Source: a virus
Lineage: Duplodnaviria; Caudoviricetes
Direction: 5' to 3' (one strand)
Virus record (IMG/VR): IMGVR_UViG_3300030202_001345
Span: 858-64,857 of that record
Length of the DNA stretch: 64,000 nucleotides
Position numbers and translations under genes: made by a program. Below the pieces are notes generated by a model. The model worked only from the letters and a program-made list of their open reading frames with translations, did not search any database and was not told the DNA's origin. Shown piece by piece: positions 1-8,821 of the stretch (its first letter is position 1; the number at the start of each line of letters is the position of its first letter).

Positions 1-125
1 TAATGTAAACAATTTTTACACTAATCAAAATCATGTTAAAGCTGTAGACAACTTAAGGAGAACTACCAACGCGACTAAAGATCAGTTGGCTAGAATGTTT
101 AATCAAATAAATCAATACGCATAGT

Positions 126-446
126 ATGGCAAGTATAATAGCAACTAGTATAGACCTTACTAAAATACCTAAAGATAAGATTATCAATGGTAAAAAAGGT
201 AAATACTTACCTATTACTATTACATTAAATGATGAATTAGATCAATTCGGAAACAATGGTCCAGTTGTAGTACAACAAACCAAAGAAGAAAGAGATGCTA
301 AATCAGACAAGGTTTACCTTGGTAATGTAAAAGTAGTATGGACAAATGATAACAATGTTGGTGTTGCTCCTAAACAGGAGTTTGCAGCAGCAGCCCCCGC
401 GGGTAAGCCGGGTGGTTCTAATGAACCAGATGACTTACCATTTTAG
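126..446 (+). CDS. Single-stranded DNA-binding protein (Bacteroidetes phage type)
   Basis: 106 aa; SIDLTKI/GKKGKY OB-like N-terminus; flexible tail ending in acidic DDLPF; lies just upstream of the primase-helicase. Confidence 0.7.
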   Translation: MASIIATSIDLTKIPKDKIINGKKGKYLPITITLNDELDQFGNNGPVVVQQTKEERDAKSDKVYLGNVKVVWTNDNNVGVAPKQEFAAAAPAGKPGGSNEPDDLPF

Positions 447-762
447 TTTAATTTTATGTTTGTTTGTTAGCTTAGTAGGACTTGGTCAGGAGGTTCAATG
501 GATTCCTCTTGATCAAGCCGAAAAGCTTAATCAACAAACCGGTAAACCAATAATTATTCTTGAAGAAAATCACGATAGAATAGTATATTTATATAACTTA
601 ATAAACAAAAACAAAGATTATATAAATGAACATTATTTACCTGTTAAGATTAAAACGTCATCCGAGGACGATAAAATAATAATTAAATCTCAAATTAAAA
701 TAACTATCATGGGCTATATGTCAGATAGAGGATTTAAAAAATCATTAGAAATAAATAAATAA
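430..762 (+). CDS. Secreted thioredoxin-fold-like protein lacking CxxC
   Basis: In-frame ATG at 430 gives a signal peptide MTYHFSLILCLFVSLVGLG followed by QEVQWIPLDQAEKLNQQTGKPIII, like Bacteroidetes thioredoxin-family N-termini. Confidence 0.45.
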   Translation: MTYHFSLILCLFVSLVGLGQEVQWIPLDQAEKLNQQTGKPIIILEENHDRIVYLYNLINKNKDYINEHYLPVKIKTSSEDDKIIIKSQIKITIMGYMSDRGFKKSLEINK

Positions 763-2481
763 ATGCAGACAACAGAGATCAATGGTTTTGTAATTGACGA
801 GTTCAATATACATAAGCTAGAAACTGGAAAAAAGCAGGGTACATGCCCTCTTTGTTCCCACGCTAGGAAGCCCAAGAATCAAAAGGCAAAATGTGCCTCT
901 TATGATTGGGAACGTGGTCTCGGTACTTGTCACAACTGTAACACATCATTTCAACTACATACATATCAAAGAAAAGGAGCTAGCGAAAGAGTTTACGCTA
1001 GACCTGATCAGCCAGATCCTGAATATCCGGAGCTAGCAGATGACAAAGTGTTGAAATGGTTTGAAACTAGAGGAATATCACCAGAGACCTTGCTTGACTG
1101 TCAAGTTACTCAAGGCTCTGAGTGGATGCCTCAGACCGGTAAAACCGAGAATACAATAAAGTTTCAATACTTTATGGGCGATCAACTTATTAATGTTAAA
1201 TACAGAGATGGTCGTAAGAATTTTAAATTATATAAAGGCGCTGAAAAAGTATTTTATAATATTAATAGTATTGTAGGATATGATAACTGTATTATAACAG
1301 AAGGCGAAATGGATGTATTAGCTTTTCACGAAGCTGGAGTTACAAACGTTGTATCGGTTCCTAATGGCGCAACACTTACTAATAATAATTTAGATTATTT
1401 AGATAATTGTATAGATTATTTTGAAGACAAAGAAAAAGTAATAATAGCGGTAGATAAAGATGAAGCCGGACAAATGCTACAGCAAGAATTAGTCCGTAGA
1501 CTAGGCGCTGAAGTTTGCTTTTTAGTTGACTTTGATGAGTGTAAAGACGCTAATGAATACCTACAGAAATATGGCAAAGAAAAATTACAAGAGTGTGTTA
1601 CCACAGCAAGACCGTACCCGCTTGAAAACGTCACAACGTTCAAAGATATCGAAAACGAAGTCACAGATTTCGTTAAACACGGTTTTAAACCTGGATTTCA
1701 AATTGGTCTTAAAAACTTTGATGATATTTTTTCAACGTACACCCGTCAGTTTATTACTGTTACTGGCATACCTAGTAGCGGTAAGTCTGATTTTGTTGAC
1801 CAAATGGTTGTAGGTTATAATCAAAACTATGGCTGGAAAACTGCTTTTGCATCTCCAGAAAATCAACCAACATATCTTCATGCTCATAAGCTTATGCGTA
1901 AAGTATGGGGCGATATGCCCGACGTTAATGACATAGGTAGCGCTAAATGGAAAGAGGTTGCTAACCATGTCAATGATAATTTTTATTTTATAGACATGGA
2001 TAAATACAGTTTAGAAGCAGTGCTTAGAAAAGGAGCAGAGCTTGTTAAACGTAAAGGTATTAAATGCCTTGTAATTGATCCTTACAATAAAGTAAGAGAT
2101 ACAAACGCAGCGTCAGACGATGTCAATAGATATACTATGGATTATTTGGCTAAAATAGAACAGTTTTGTAGAAAATATGATGTGTTAACTTTTATAGTAG
2201 CACACCCTACAAAAATGTATAAAGGCCAAGATGGCAAAATGGAAGAACCTAATATGTATAATATTAAAGGTGGTGGTGAATGGTATGATGCTAGTTATCA
2301 CGGGTTATTAGTACATAGAGATTATGAGGCTAAAAATACTAAAGTTAAGGTATTAAAAGTTAAATTTCAAAACCTTGGTGAAAACGGAGCTGAATGCTTC
2401 TTTACATGGGAGCCTAAGTCAGGTTCATTTGTACCACAAGTAAATACAGTATCAGATGACAGCGGCCTTCCGTGGGAATAA
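763..2481 (+). CDS. DNA primase-helicase (T7 gp4/Twinkle-like)
   Basis: N-terminal Zn ribbon CPLC..CHNC; TOPRIM motifs ITEGEMD and DKDEAG; SF4 helicase Walker A GIPSSGKS; LVIDPY; VAHP. Confidence 0.95.
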   Translation: MQTTEINGFVIDEFNIHKLETGKKQGTCPLCSHARKPKNQKAKCASYDWERGLGTCHNCNTSFQLHTYQRKGASERVYARPDQPDPEYPELADDKVLKWFETRGISPETLLDCQVTQGSEWMPQTGKTENTIKFQYFMGDQLINVKYRDGRKNFKLYKGAEKVFYNINSIVGYDNCIITEGEMDVLAFHEAGVTNVVSVPNGATLTNNNLDYLDNCIDYFEDKEKVIIAVDKDEAGQMLQQELVRRLGAEVCFLVDFDECKDANEYLQKYGKEKLQECVTTARPYPLENVTTFKDIENEVTDFVKHGFKPGFQIGLKNFDDIFSTYTRQFITVTGIPSSGKSDFVDQMVVGYNQNYGWKTAFASPENQPTYLHAHKLMRKVWGDMPDVNDIGSAKWKEVANHVNDNFYFIDMDKYSLEAVLRKGAELVKRKGIKCLVIDPYNKVRDTNAASDDVNRYTMDYLAKIEQFCRKYDVLTFIVAHPTKMYKGQDGKMEEPNMYNIKGGGEWYDASYHGLLVHRDYEAKNTKVKVLKVKFQNLGENGAECFFTWEPKSGSFVPQVNTVSDDSGLPWE

Positions 2482-2734
2482 ACAAAAAAGTACCATGGGT
2501 ACATATCAAAGAAGCAGTGAAGAAGATGAAGCTTTGTACTGGTGTATAGCTAACAACGTTTGTATATCTCCTAGACAAATTAAATGGGGTGAAGGCAAAT
2601 GGGTTTTAGATATTGAAACAGGTATATACCCTAACAGAAAATTATTAGGAACAAGTGAAGCTTTTGGTCCTGTAGAAATATGGCAAAAGCAATGTGAATA
2701 CGCTAAATATTATTATGACAAATACAAAAATTAA
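2456..2734 (+). CDS. Hypothetical protein
   Basis: ORF tightly packed in the replication operon; real start may be an internal ATG. Confidence 0.55.
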   Translation: MTAAFRGNKQKSTMGTYQRSSEEDEALYWCIANNVCISPRQIKWGEGKWVLDIETGIYPNRKLLGTSEAFGPVEIWQKQCEYAKYYYDKYKN

Positions 2735-3365
2735 TTTTAAAACAGCAAGTGAAGCTTTCGATTATTTTTATATTAAAATAAAAGATAAGGGTCAGGTTTT
2801 TCAAGACACTAAAGCTTTGTTTAATATTGGGTTTTATATACACAACCCTTCTGATAAACAGATAAAAGCAAGGTATAGAAAATGGAATAAAGATTATGCA
2901 GAAGCCGAATGGCAATGGTACTTATCAGGTGATCCTAACATTAAAAAGCTAGGCGAACTTTATGGTAGTATACCTCCTATATGGGAGCGTATGGCTAACA
3001 GTGATGGTAATGTAATGTCTAACTATGGTTGGCAATGGAATCGTAATGATCAAATACATTATGTCGTAGGTAAGTTAAGAGAAGATCCAGAAACTAGACA
3101 CGCGGCTATAAGTATATATGACGCCAAAGAATATGATCAATATAGAAACGACACACCGTGTACCTACGCGGTACAGTTTACAATACTAGACGGTATGTTA
3201 AACATGTCTGTCTATATGCGTTCTAATGATCTCTGGTACGGCTTCTGTAATGATCAATACCAATTTGCATCATTACAACAAATGGTTGCAGAAAGACTGG
3301 AAAGACCAGTTGGCTGGTATTACCACCACGCCCACAACCTACACTTATATAACAATAAATTATAA
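2715..3365 (+). CDS. Thymidylate synthase-fold enzyme, dCMP hydroxymethylase/methylase-like
   Basis: EWQWYLSG; catalytic DTPCT; MRSNDLWYGFCND, with Asp at the nucleotide-specificity position; HNLHLY. Confidence 0.85.
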   Translation: MTNTKINFKTASEAFDYFYIKIKDKGQVFQDTKALFNIGFYIHNPSDKQIKARYRKWNKDYAEAEWQWYLSGDPNIKKLGELYGSIPPIWERMANSDGNVMSNYGWQWNRNDQIHYVVGKLREDPETRHAAISIYDAKEYDQYRNDTPCTYAVQFTILDGMLNMSVYMRSNDLWYGFCNDQYQFASLQQMVAERLERPVGWYYHHAHNLHLYNNKL

Positions 3366-3367
3366 CT

Positions 3368-4144
3368 ATGTATTATTTATACCATATACCGGGTAAAAAG
3401 ATCGGTGTAACACGTAATCTTAATAACAGGGTTACTCTTATGCAAGGCTATAAGAAGGGTGAATATGAAGTTCTTGACCAGTCAGAAGATATAAATTATA
3501 TATCAGACAAGGAAATAGAACTTCAACAGTCTTATGGCTATAAAATAGATATGAAACCTTATAAAAAATTATTTAATAAAATGAAAATAAACGCAACAGA
3601 ACAGACCTCAACATTCCCTGTGCCCGTCAATAAGTTAAAAGGCAGACTAAGGGATAACATAGGTTTAACGTGGAAAACAGAGTTCGGCCAGTTTGAAATA
3701 ACAAAAGAGAACATCAAGTGGATTATGCACAATGTAAAAACATCTATGTTTAACAACGATAGATCTTATATTTATAATAAAGCTTTTTATGAAGCTTATT
3801 TTAATCCTAAAGACAATCCTAATAAATGCATATCTAATAATTCAGATTGTGAAAGATTTGATCTTATTAGAGAATGGGCACAAACTAGAGGATTATATGA
3901 TAAAGGTAATACTCATACTCAATATGTCAAGCTACAAGAAGAAGCTGGTGAACTAGCCAAAGCATTATTACAAAACGATTATGATGAAGTAAATGATGCG
4001 ATCGGTGATATGGTTGTTGTGTTAACAAATTTAGCACACCTACATGGAACAGAGATAGAGCATTGTATTGATGACGCATACAAAGTTATTAGCAAACGCA
4101 CAGGCAAAATGATTAACGGAACATTTGTGAAAGATGAAAATTAG
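3368..4144 (+). CDS. MazG-like NTP pyrophosphohydrolase with N-terminal GIY-YIG-like domain
   Basis: C-terminal KLQEEAGELA..DAIGDMVVVL MazG motif; N-terminal YYLYHI..KIGVT..L..R. Confidence 0.75.
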   Translation: MYYLYHIPGKKIGVTRNLNNRVTLMQGYKKGEYEVLDQSEDINYISDKEIELQQSYGYKIDMKPYKKLFNKMKINATEQTSTFPVPVNKLKGRLRDNIGLTWKTEFGQFEITKENIKWIMHNVKTSMFNNDRSYIYNKAFYEAYFNPKDNPNKCISNNSDCERFDLIREWAQTRGLYDKGNTHTQYVKLQEEAGELAKALLQNDYDEVNDAIGDMVVVLTNLAHLHGTEIEHCIDDAYKVISKRTGKMINGTFVKDEN

Positions 4145-4445
4145 AACTGAAGACAAGATAGTACAAGCTGTACTAAGGAAGATGGACGAACGTAGCTTAA
4201 TAGGTCAAAAGAAATATGGAGCTACAATGATGCAAGAGATTGAAGGTCAGGAAAAAGATCTTAATCGTTTTTTAATCGACGTACAAGAAGAACTAATGGA
4301 TGCGTTGTTATATATCGAAGCTGCTAAAAGATGTTTGACTGATGAGATAGAAGAAGCTATGTTAAATAGAATGAATATAATAGGTCAAAACGGTAATGAT
4401 GGTTTACATTACGATATACAAGTAAACGATGAAGAAGTTTTATAA
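4134..4445 (+). CDS. Small all-alpha NTP-PPase-like protein (nucleotide-modification associated)
   Basis: RSLIGQKKYG...VQEELMDALLY with an EExxD motif. Confidence 0.5.
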   Translation: MKIRTEDKIVQAVLRKMDERSLIGQKKYGATMMQEIEGQEKDLNRFLIDVQEELMDALLYIEAAKRCLTDEIEEAMLNRMNIIGQNGNDGLHYDIQVNDEEVL

Positions 4446-4884
4446 AAAGAAAAAACGAGGACCTGTACAGTCGAAAAAGATTATATATGATAATATAACT
4501 TTTGCATCAGGTTTAGAACGTTATATGTATATGGCTTTAAAAAAAGCTAAGATCAGAGCTTTGTATGAAGGAGAAACATTTGAGCTTCAAGAAGGTTTTG
4601 ATTTTCCATTTGAATCATTTGAGCGTTGTGGAAATGGTAAAGGTGATTATAAAAATAGAGGTAATAAAAAAATACTCAATATAAAATACACACCTGATTT
4701 TGTTGGTAAAGGTTTTATAATAGAAACTAAAGGCCGAGCAAATGAATCATTTCCACTTAGATGGAAAATGTTTAAAAAGCTATTAACAGAAAATAAAATA
4801 GCACCGTTAACTTTGTATAAACCACAAAATCAAAAAGAATGCGACGAAACAATAAGGTTAATCCTAAACTCGAGAAAGAGTTAG
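4429..4884 (+). CDS. Endonuclease I / Holliday junction resolvase (T7 gp3-like)
   Basis: FASGLE..YE..YTPDF..IETKG PD-(D/E)xK motif. Confidence 0.85.
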   Translation: MKKFYKKKKRGPVQSKKIIYDNITFASGLERYMYMALKKAKIRALYEGETFELQEGFDFPFESFERCGNGKGDYKNRGNKKILNIKYTPDFVGKGFIIETKGRANESFPLRWKMFKKLLTENKIAPLTLYKPQNQKECDETIRLILNSRKS

Positions 4885-5012
4885 CAAGACGTAAGTATGC
4901 TGAGCGTCAAATAGATACTTGGTGGAAATGGAGTTTTAATATTAGAGGAAAAGTATTGTATAAAGAATTAGTAGAAGTACAAAACAAATACGGAATAAAA
5001 ACACATGGCTAA
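4839..5012 (+). CDS. Hypothetical 57-aa protein
   Basis: Translated by hand as MRRNNKVNPKLEKELARRKY...; fills the gap and overlaps both neighbours. Confidence 0.5.
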   Translation: MRRNNKVNPKLEKELARRKYAERQIDTWWKWSFNIRGKVLYKELVEVQNKYGIKTHG

Positions 5013-5139
5013 AATAAATCTATTTACCTACAAAAAAGAAAAAAGAAAGAAAAGACCTGGAGTACATGCCAAGTCTAAAAATAGTAATTGTAAACAAAGT
5101 ATAAATTATGTCAAAAAATATAAAGGACAAGGACGTTAA
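5005..5139 (+). CDS. Small basic protein, 44 aa (C-terminal KKYKGQGR)
   Basis: MAKINLFTYKKEKRKKRPGVHAK...KKYKGQGR; resembles the YRGQG-type small phage proteins. Confidence 0.55.
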   Translation: MAKINLFTYKKEKRKKRPGVHAKSKNSNCKQSINYVKKYKGQGR

Positions 5140-5272
5140 AGATAACTGGTCTTTGTCAGTAGGATTTTACCCCGGCATATTGCTGGGCGGTAGAACTTAC
5201 GAAGAAGAAAAACAAGTAACACATGTTTTATATCTACCATTTGTAGATATAGCATTAGAAATATATAATTAG
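5108..5272 (+). CDS. Hypothetical 54-aa protein
   Basis: MSKNIKDKD...LYLPFVDIALEIYN; ends immediately before nrdB. Confidence 0.55.
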   Translation: MSKNIKDKDVKDNWSLSVGFYPGILLGGRTYEEEKQVTHVLYLPFVDIALEIYN

Positions 5273-5273
5273 T

Positions 5274-6272
5274 ATGGCTGCACCTATATTTACCCCAAGA
5301 ATACCTTATAAACCTTTTGAGTACCCTGAGTATTATACTGAGGGTTGGTTAAAGCAAGCTCAAGCATTTTGGCTGCACACTGAAATACCTATGTCTGGCG
5401 ACGTTAAAGACTGGAACGAAAAATTAACTGATGCAGAGAAAAACCTAGTAGGAAATATCCTGCTAGGCTTTGCTCAGACTGAATGCGCTGTGTCAGATTA
5501 TTGGACGCAGAAAGTAGTTGGTTGGTTTCCTAAGCATGAGATACAACAAATGGCTATGATGTTTGGATCTCAAGAAACAATACACGCGGTAGCTTATAGT
5601 TATTTAAATGAAACACTAGGGCTTGAAGATTTTTCAGCGTTCCTACATGAGCCAGCTACAGCGGCTAGATTTGATAACCTTGTAGCATATGAAGGCAATG
5701 ATCCAGTAGGCATAGGTAAATCACTAGCTACGTTTTCTGCTTTTGCAGAAGGAGTTAGTTTGTATTCTGCTTTTGCTGTACTATATAGTTTTCAACTACG
5801 TAATTTATTAAAAGGTATTGGCCAACAAATGAAATGGTCAGTAAGAGATGAAAGTCTACACAGTAAAATGGGCTGCCAACTGTTTAGACAAATGTGTTCA
5901 CAAATACCAGGGTTAAAAGAAGAATGTGAACCTCATATATTTGAAGCAGCCTTAACAATGCACAATGCTGAGATGACTTACATTAGTAAGATATTTGAGA
6001 TGGGTGATATAGAAGGAATTAAAAAATATGACTTGGTACAATTTATTAAAAAGAGGGTTGGAGATAAGCTTTCGGAACTTGGGTATAAAACTAAAAAATA
6101 CAAAAGCCACGACTGGACACCGGATAAAAGTTATGACCAAAAAGGAGTGGATGCTCTTTCTTGGTTTGATCATCTTACCGGGGGTCATACCCATACTGAT
6201 TTCTTTGCAATACGTTCGACTGATTACTCAAAGCCTAATGAAGGCGAGGACTTCGAAGACATGTGGGATTAA
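5274..6272 (+). CDS. nrdB: Ribonucleotide reductase class I beta subunit
   Basis: Di-metal ligands QTECAV, ETIH, EGVSLY, DESLH; radical Tyr in HAVAY; C-terminal TDFFAIRSTDY. Confidence 0.95.
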   Translation: MAAPIFTPRIPYKPFEYPEYYTEGWLKQAQAFWLHTEIPMSGDVKDWNEKLTDAEKNLVGNILLGFAQTECAVSDYWTQKVVGWFPKHEIQQMAMMFGSQETIHAVAYSYLNETLGLEDFSAFLHEPATAARFDNLVAYEGNDPVGIGKSLATFSAFAEGVSLYSAFAVLYSFQLRNLLKGIGQQMKWSVRDESLHSKMGCQLFRQMCSQIPGLKEECEPHIFEAALTMHNAEMTYISKIFEMGDIEGIKKYDLVQFIKKRVGDKLSELGYKTKKYKSHDWTPDKSYDQKGVDALSWFDHLTGGHTHTDFFAIRSTDYSKPNEGEDFEDMWD

Positions 6273-6310
6273 AGTAAATATAACTGAAGACGATATAAAT
6301 AAAGATTTAT

Positions 6311-6541
6311 ATGAAAGAGAATAAATTATTAGAAATGAAAAACAAGGTAGAAGCTTTAACAAATATTGCTCAACACCTTTTAACAGAAACAGCTCACATA
6401 AAAGAACTAGCAGTTGGTACTTTAGAGCTAATAAAAAATATGCCCGCCTATGACGAAGCAGTTAAAAAGCTTAAAGAACAAGTTACTAAGGATCCTAGTG
6501 AGAACAAGGAGACTGACGCCGATAGAGAAATTATCAAGTAG
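6311..6541 (+). CDS. Hypothetical coiled-coil protein
   Basis: 76-aa ORF in the operon. Confidence 0.55.
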   Translation: MKENKLLEMKNKVEALTNIAQHLLTETAHIKELAVGTLELIKNMPAYDEAVKKLKEQVTKDPSENKETDADREIIK

Positions 6542-6722
6542 AATAGGTTACTTTGGAGCTGGATGTTTACTTGCAGCTCACTGGACACTAGAACCTAAAT
6601 TATATATAGCAGGATTTGTTTGTGTATTAATTCAGGTAGCATCTCGTAAACAATGGAACTTAGTAGTACTAAACATTAATGGGTTAATAGCCTGGACAAA
6701 ACATTTAATTAGCAACTTATGA
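6450..6722 (+). CDS. Small multi-TM membrane protein
   Basis: Three hydrophobic stretches in the C-terminal ~60 aa; stop overlaps the nrdA start. Confidence 0.5.
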   Translation: MTKQLKSLKNKLLRILVRTRRLTPIEKLSSRIGYFGAGCLLAAHWTLEPKLYIAGFVCVLIQVASRKQWNLVVLNINGLIAWTKHLISNL

Positions 6723-8419
6723 ATTGGAATAACAATTGGATAAAAGATGTAGATTACCCTGCGTGGGGAGATACTGATGTATATAAAAAAACTATTACTG
6801 GAGGTTATTTATTAGAAGATGAAACTCCAGCTGACGCTTATAAACGTGTTTGTAAAACTGTAGCAAGAAGATTAAATCGTCCAGAGCTTTGTGATATATT
6901 TTATGAATACATTTGGAACGGTTGGTTGTGCTTAGCGTCTCCAGTTTTATCTAATACAGGTACTGATAGAGGTTTACCTATTAGTTGCTTTGGTATTGAC
7001 GTTGCTGATAGCATTCATGACATTGGTACTAAAAATTTAGAGATGATGCTACTCGCTAAACACGGCGGTGGAGTTGGTATCGGTATAAATCAAATAAGAC
7101 CCGCCGGAGCTAAAATAACAGGAAATGGAACAAGTGATGGCGTTGTGCCGTTTTGTAAAATATACGATTCAACAATACTTGCCACTAATCAAGGATCTGT
7201 CAGACGAGGAGCTGCATCAGTTAATATTAACATTGATCACCCCGATTTCGAAGAGTGGCTCGAGATACGTGAACCCAAAGGAGACATTAATAGACAATCA
7301 CTTAACCTGCACCAATGCGCTGTTGTCGGTGATAAGTTTATGCGAAAACTTGAACAAGGAGATGGACAAGCTAGAAAACGTTGGGGAAAATTACTTCAAA
7401 AGCGTAAAGCGACTGGAGAACCTTACATCTTATTTAAAGGGAATACAAATAAGAATAACCCCAGCGCATACAAAGATAACGGATTAAAAGTACATATGAC
7501 TAACATATGTTCTGAAATAGTTTTACACACAGATGAGTCACATAGTTTTGTATGTTGTTTGTCTTCTTTAAACTTAGCTAAATACGATGAGTGGAAAAAT
7601 ACAAATATTATTTATGACAGCATATGGTTCCTTGATGGAGTGCTTGAAGAGTTTATACAAAAAGCTAAAGGCAAAATTGGTTTTGCCAACTCAGTACGTT
7701 CCGCAGAAAAGGGTCGCGCCCTCGGGCTTGGTGTTCTTGGTTGGCATACCTATCTCCAGGAAAAAAGCATTGCTTTTGAAGGTTTACCAGCTCAGTTTGA
7801 AACTAGGAAAATATTTTCGCAAATTAAAATTGAAAGTGAAAGAGCTAGTATGGACCTTGCAGAGATATATGGAGAACCTTTATGGTGTGCTGGAACTGGT
7901 TTTCGTAATACCCACTTACGTGCTATTGCTCCTACTGTTAGCAACAGCAAACTTAGTGGAAACATCTCACCAGGCATTGAACCGTGGGCTGCAAATGTTT
8001 TCACGGAGCAATCTGCTAAAGGTACTTTCATACGTAAAAATCCTACACTTGAAAAATTATTGGAAGAAAAAGGATTAAATACAAGGTATGTATGGGATAA
8101 AATATTATCTGACGGAGGTTCAGTGCAAGATATAAAAGAGTTAGACGAAGAAACAAAAGAAGTTTTTAAAACGTTTAAAGAAATAAATCAACTAGAGTTA
8201 GTAAGACAAGCTGGTTTGCGACAACAATATATAGATCAATCTGTTAGTTTGAATCTAGCTTTTCCTAGTCAGTCATCACCTAAGTGGTTAAACAAAGTTC
8301 ATTTTGATGCTTGGAAGAAAGGTGTTAAAACTTTATACTATATGAGAACAGAGTCTGTACTACGTGGTGATATAGCTGATAAAGCAACTAGTGAAGATTG
8401 TGTTGCTTGTGACGGATAG
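6719..8419 (+). CDS. nrdA: Ribonucleotide reductase class I alpha subunit (no ATP cone)
   Basis: SPVLSN, ISCF, GGGVG, TNICSEI, CCLSSLN, APTVSNS, KTLYY; C-terminal CVACDG. Confidence 0.95.
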   Translation: MNWNNNWIKDVDYPAWGDTDVYKKTITGGYLLEDETPADAYKRVCKTVARRLNRPELCDIFYEYIWNGWLCLASPVLSNTGTDRGLPISCFGIDVADSIHDIGTKNLEMMLLAKHGGGVGIGINQIRPAGAKITGNGTSDGVVPFCKIYDSTILATNQGSVRRGAASVNINIDHPDFEEWLEIREPKGDINRQSLNLHQCAVVGDKFMRKLEQGDGQARKRWGKLLQKRKATGEPYILFKGNTNKNNPSAYKDNGLKVHMTNICSEIVLHTDESHSFVCCLSSLNLAKYDEWKNTNIIYDSIWFLDGVLEEFIQKAKGKIGFANSVRSAEKGRALGLGVLGWHTYLQEKSIAFEGLPAQFETRKIFSQIKIESERASMDLAEIYGEPLWCAGTGFRNTHLRAIAPTVSNSKLSGNISPGIEPWAANVFTEQSAKGTFIRKNPTLEKLLEEKGLNTRYVWDKILSDGGSVQDIKELDEETKEVFKTFKEINQLELVRQAGLRQQYIDQSVSLNLAFPSQSSPKWLNKVHFDAWKKGVKTLYYMRTESVLRGDIADKATSEDCVACDG

Positions 8420-8431
8420 ATAGTAATTATT

Positions 8432-8466
8432 AAAAAAGAAAAGGAGGCCTTGAGCCTCCTTTCTTA
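8432..8466. terminator. Bidirectional intrinsic terminator between the convergent arms
   Basis: aagaaaaggaggc-cttga-gcctccttttctt inverted repeat flanked by A/T tracts. Confidence 0.85.
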
Positions 8467-8496
8467 TATAGGAACTTTTGGGTATGGTACGCCCAT
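8464..8496 (-). CDS. Putative 10-aa microprotein MGVPYPKVPI
   Basis: ATG preceded by A-rich leader caacaataaa; last ORF before the terminator. Confidence 0.3.
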   Translation of the reverse strand: MGVPYPKVPI

Positions 8497-8525
8497 TTTA
8501 TTGTTGTTCCTTTTGTTTCCTCTGC

Positions 8526-8564
8526 TTAACAAAGACCGCAGTAGCCATTACATATTGGACACAT
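8526..8564 (-). CDS. Putative 12-aa Cys-rich microprotein MCPICNGYCGLC
   Basis: CxxC-x3-CxxC; A-rich leader aataaaataaat before the ATG. Confidence 0.45.
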   Translation of the reverse strand: MCPICNGYCGLC

Positions 8565-8648
8565 ATTTATTTTATTTATAGTTTTTAAACATTGATTTGT
8601 ATAGCAATTTGTTCCAAGCTTGCTTAAACTTGAAAATAAATTTTCTCA

Positions 8649-8810
8649 TTATTTCTTTTTTTCATTTTTTAATTGTATCCATTTAGTTACAGTATAACCT
8701 ATAGTTACAATAAGTAGTAATACTTTCAGTCCCATTTCTATATCTGTGAGTGTGGTTACGCCTAGTGTTGATCCGTTTATTAAGTAAAGTTTTAAGTTTT
8801 GTATATCCAT
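8649..8810 (-). CDS. Small membrane protein (holin-like), 53 aa
   Basis: MDIQNLKLYLING...GLKVLLLIVTIGYTVTKW..KKK; hydrophobic helix plus basic tail. Confidence 0.55.
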   Translation of the reverse strand: MDIQNLKLYLINGSTLGVTTLTDIEMGLKVLLLIVTIGYTVTKWIQLKNEKKK

Positions 8811-8821
8811 TGCCTGTTAAT

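Noticed and set aside
7125-8078. Alternative-frame ORFs (120 and 163 aa) inside nrdA
   Set aside because: No recognisable motifs; same-strand shadow ORFs are common in conserved genes, and the compositional anomaly is weaker than in terL
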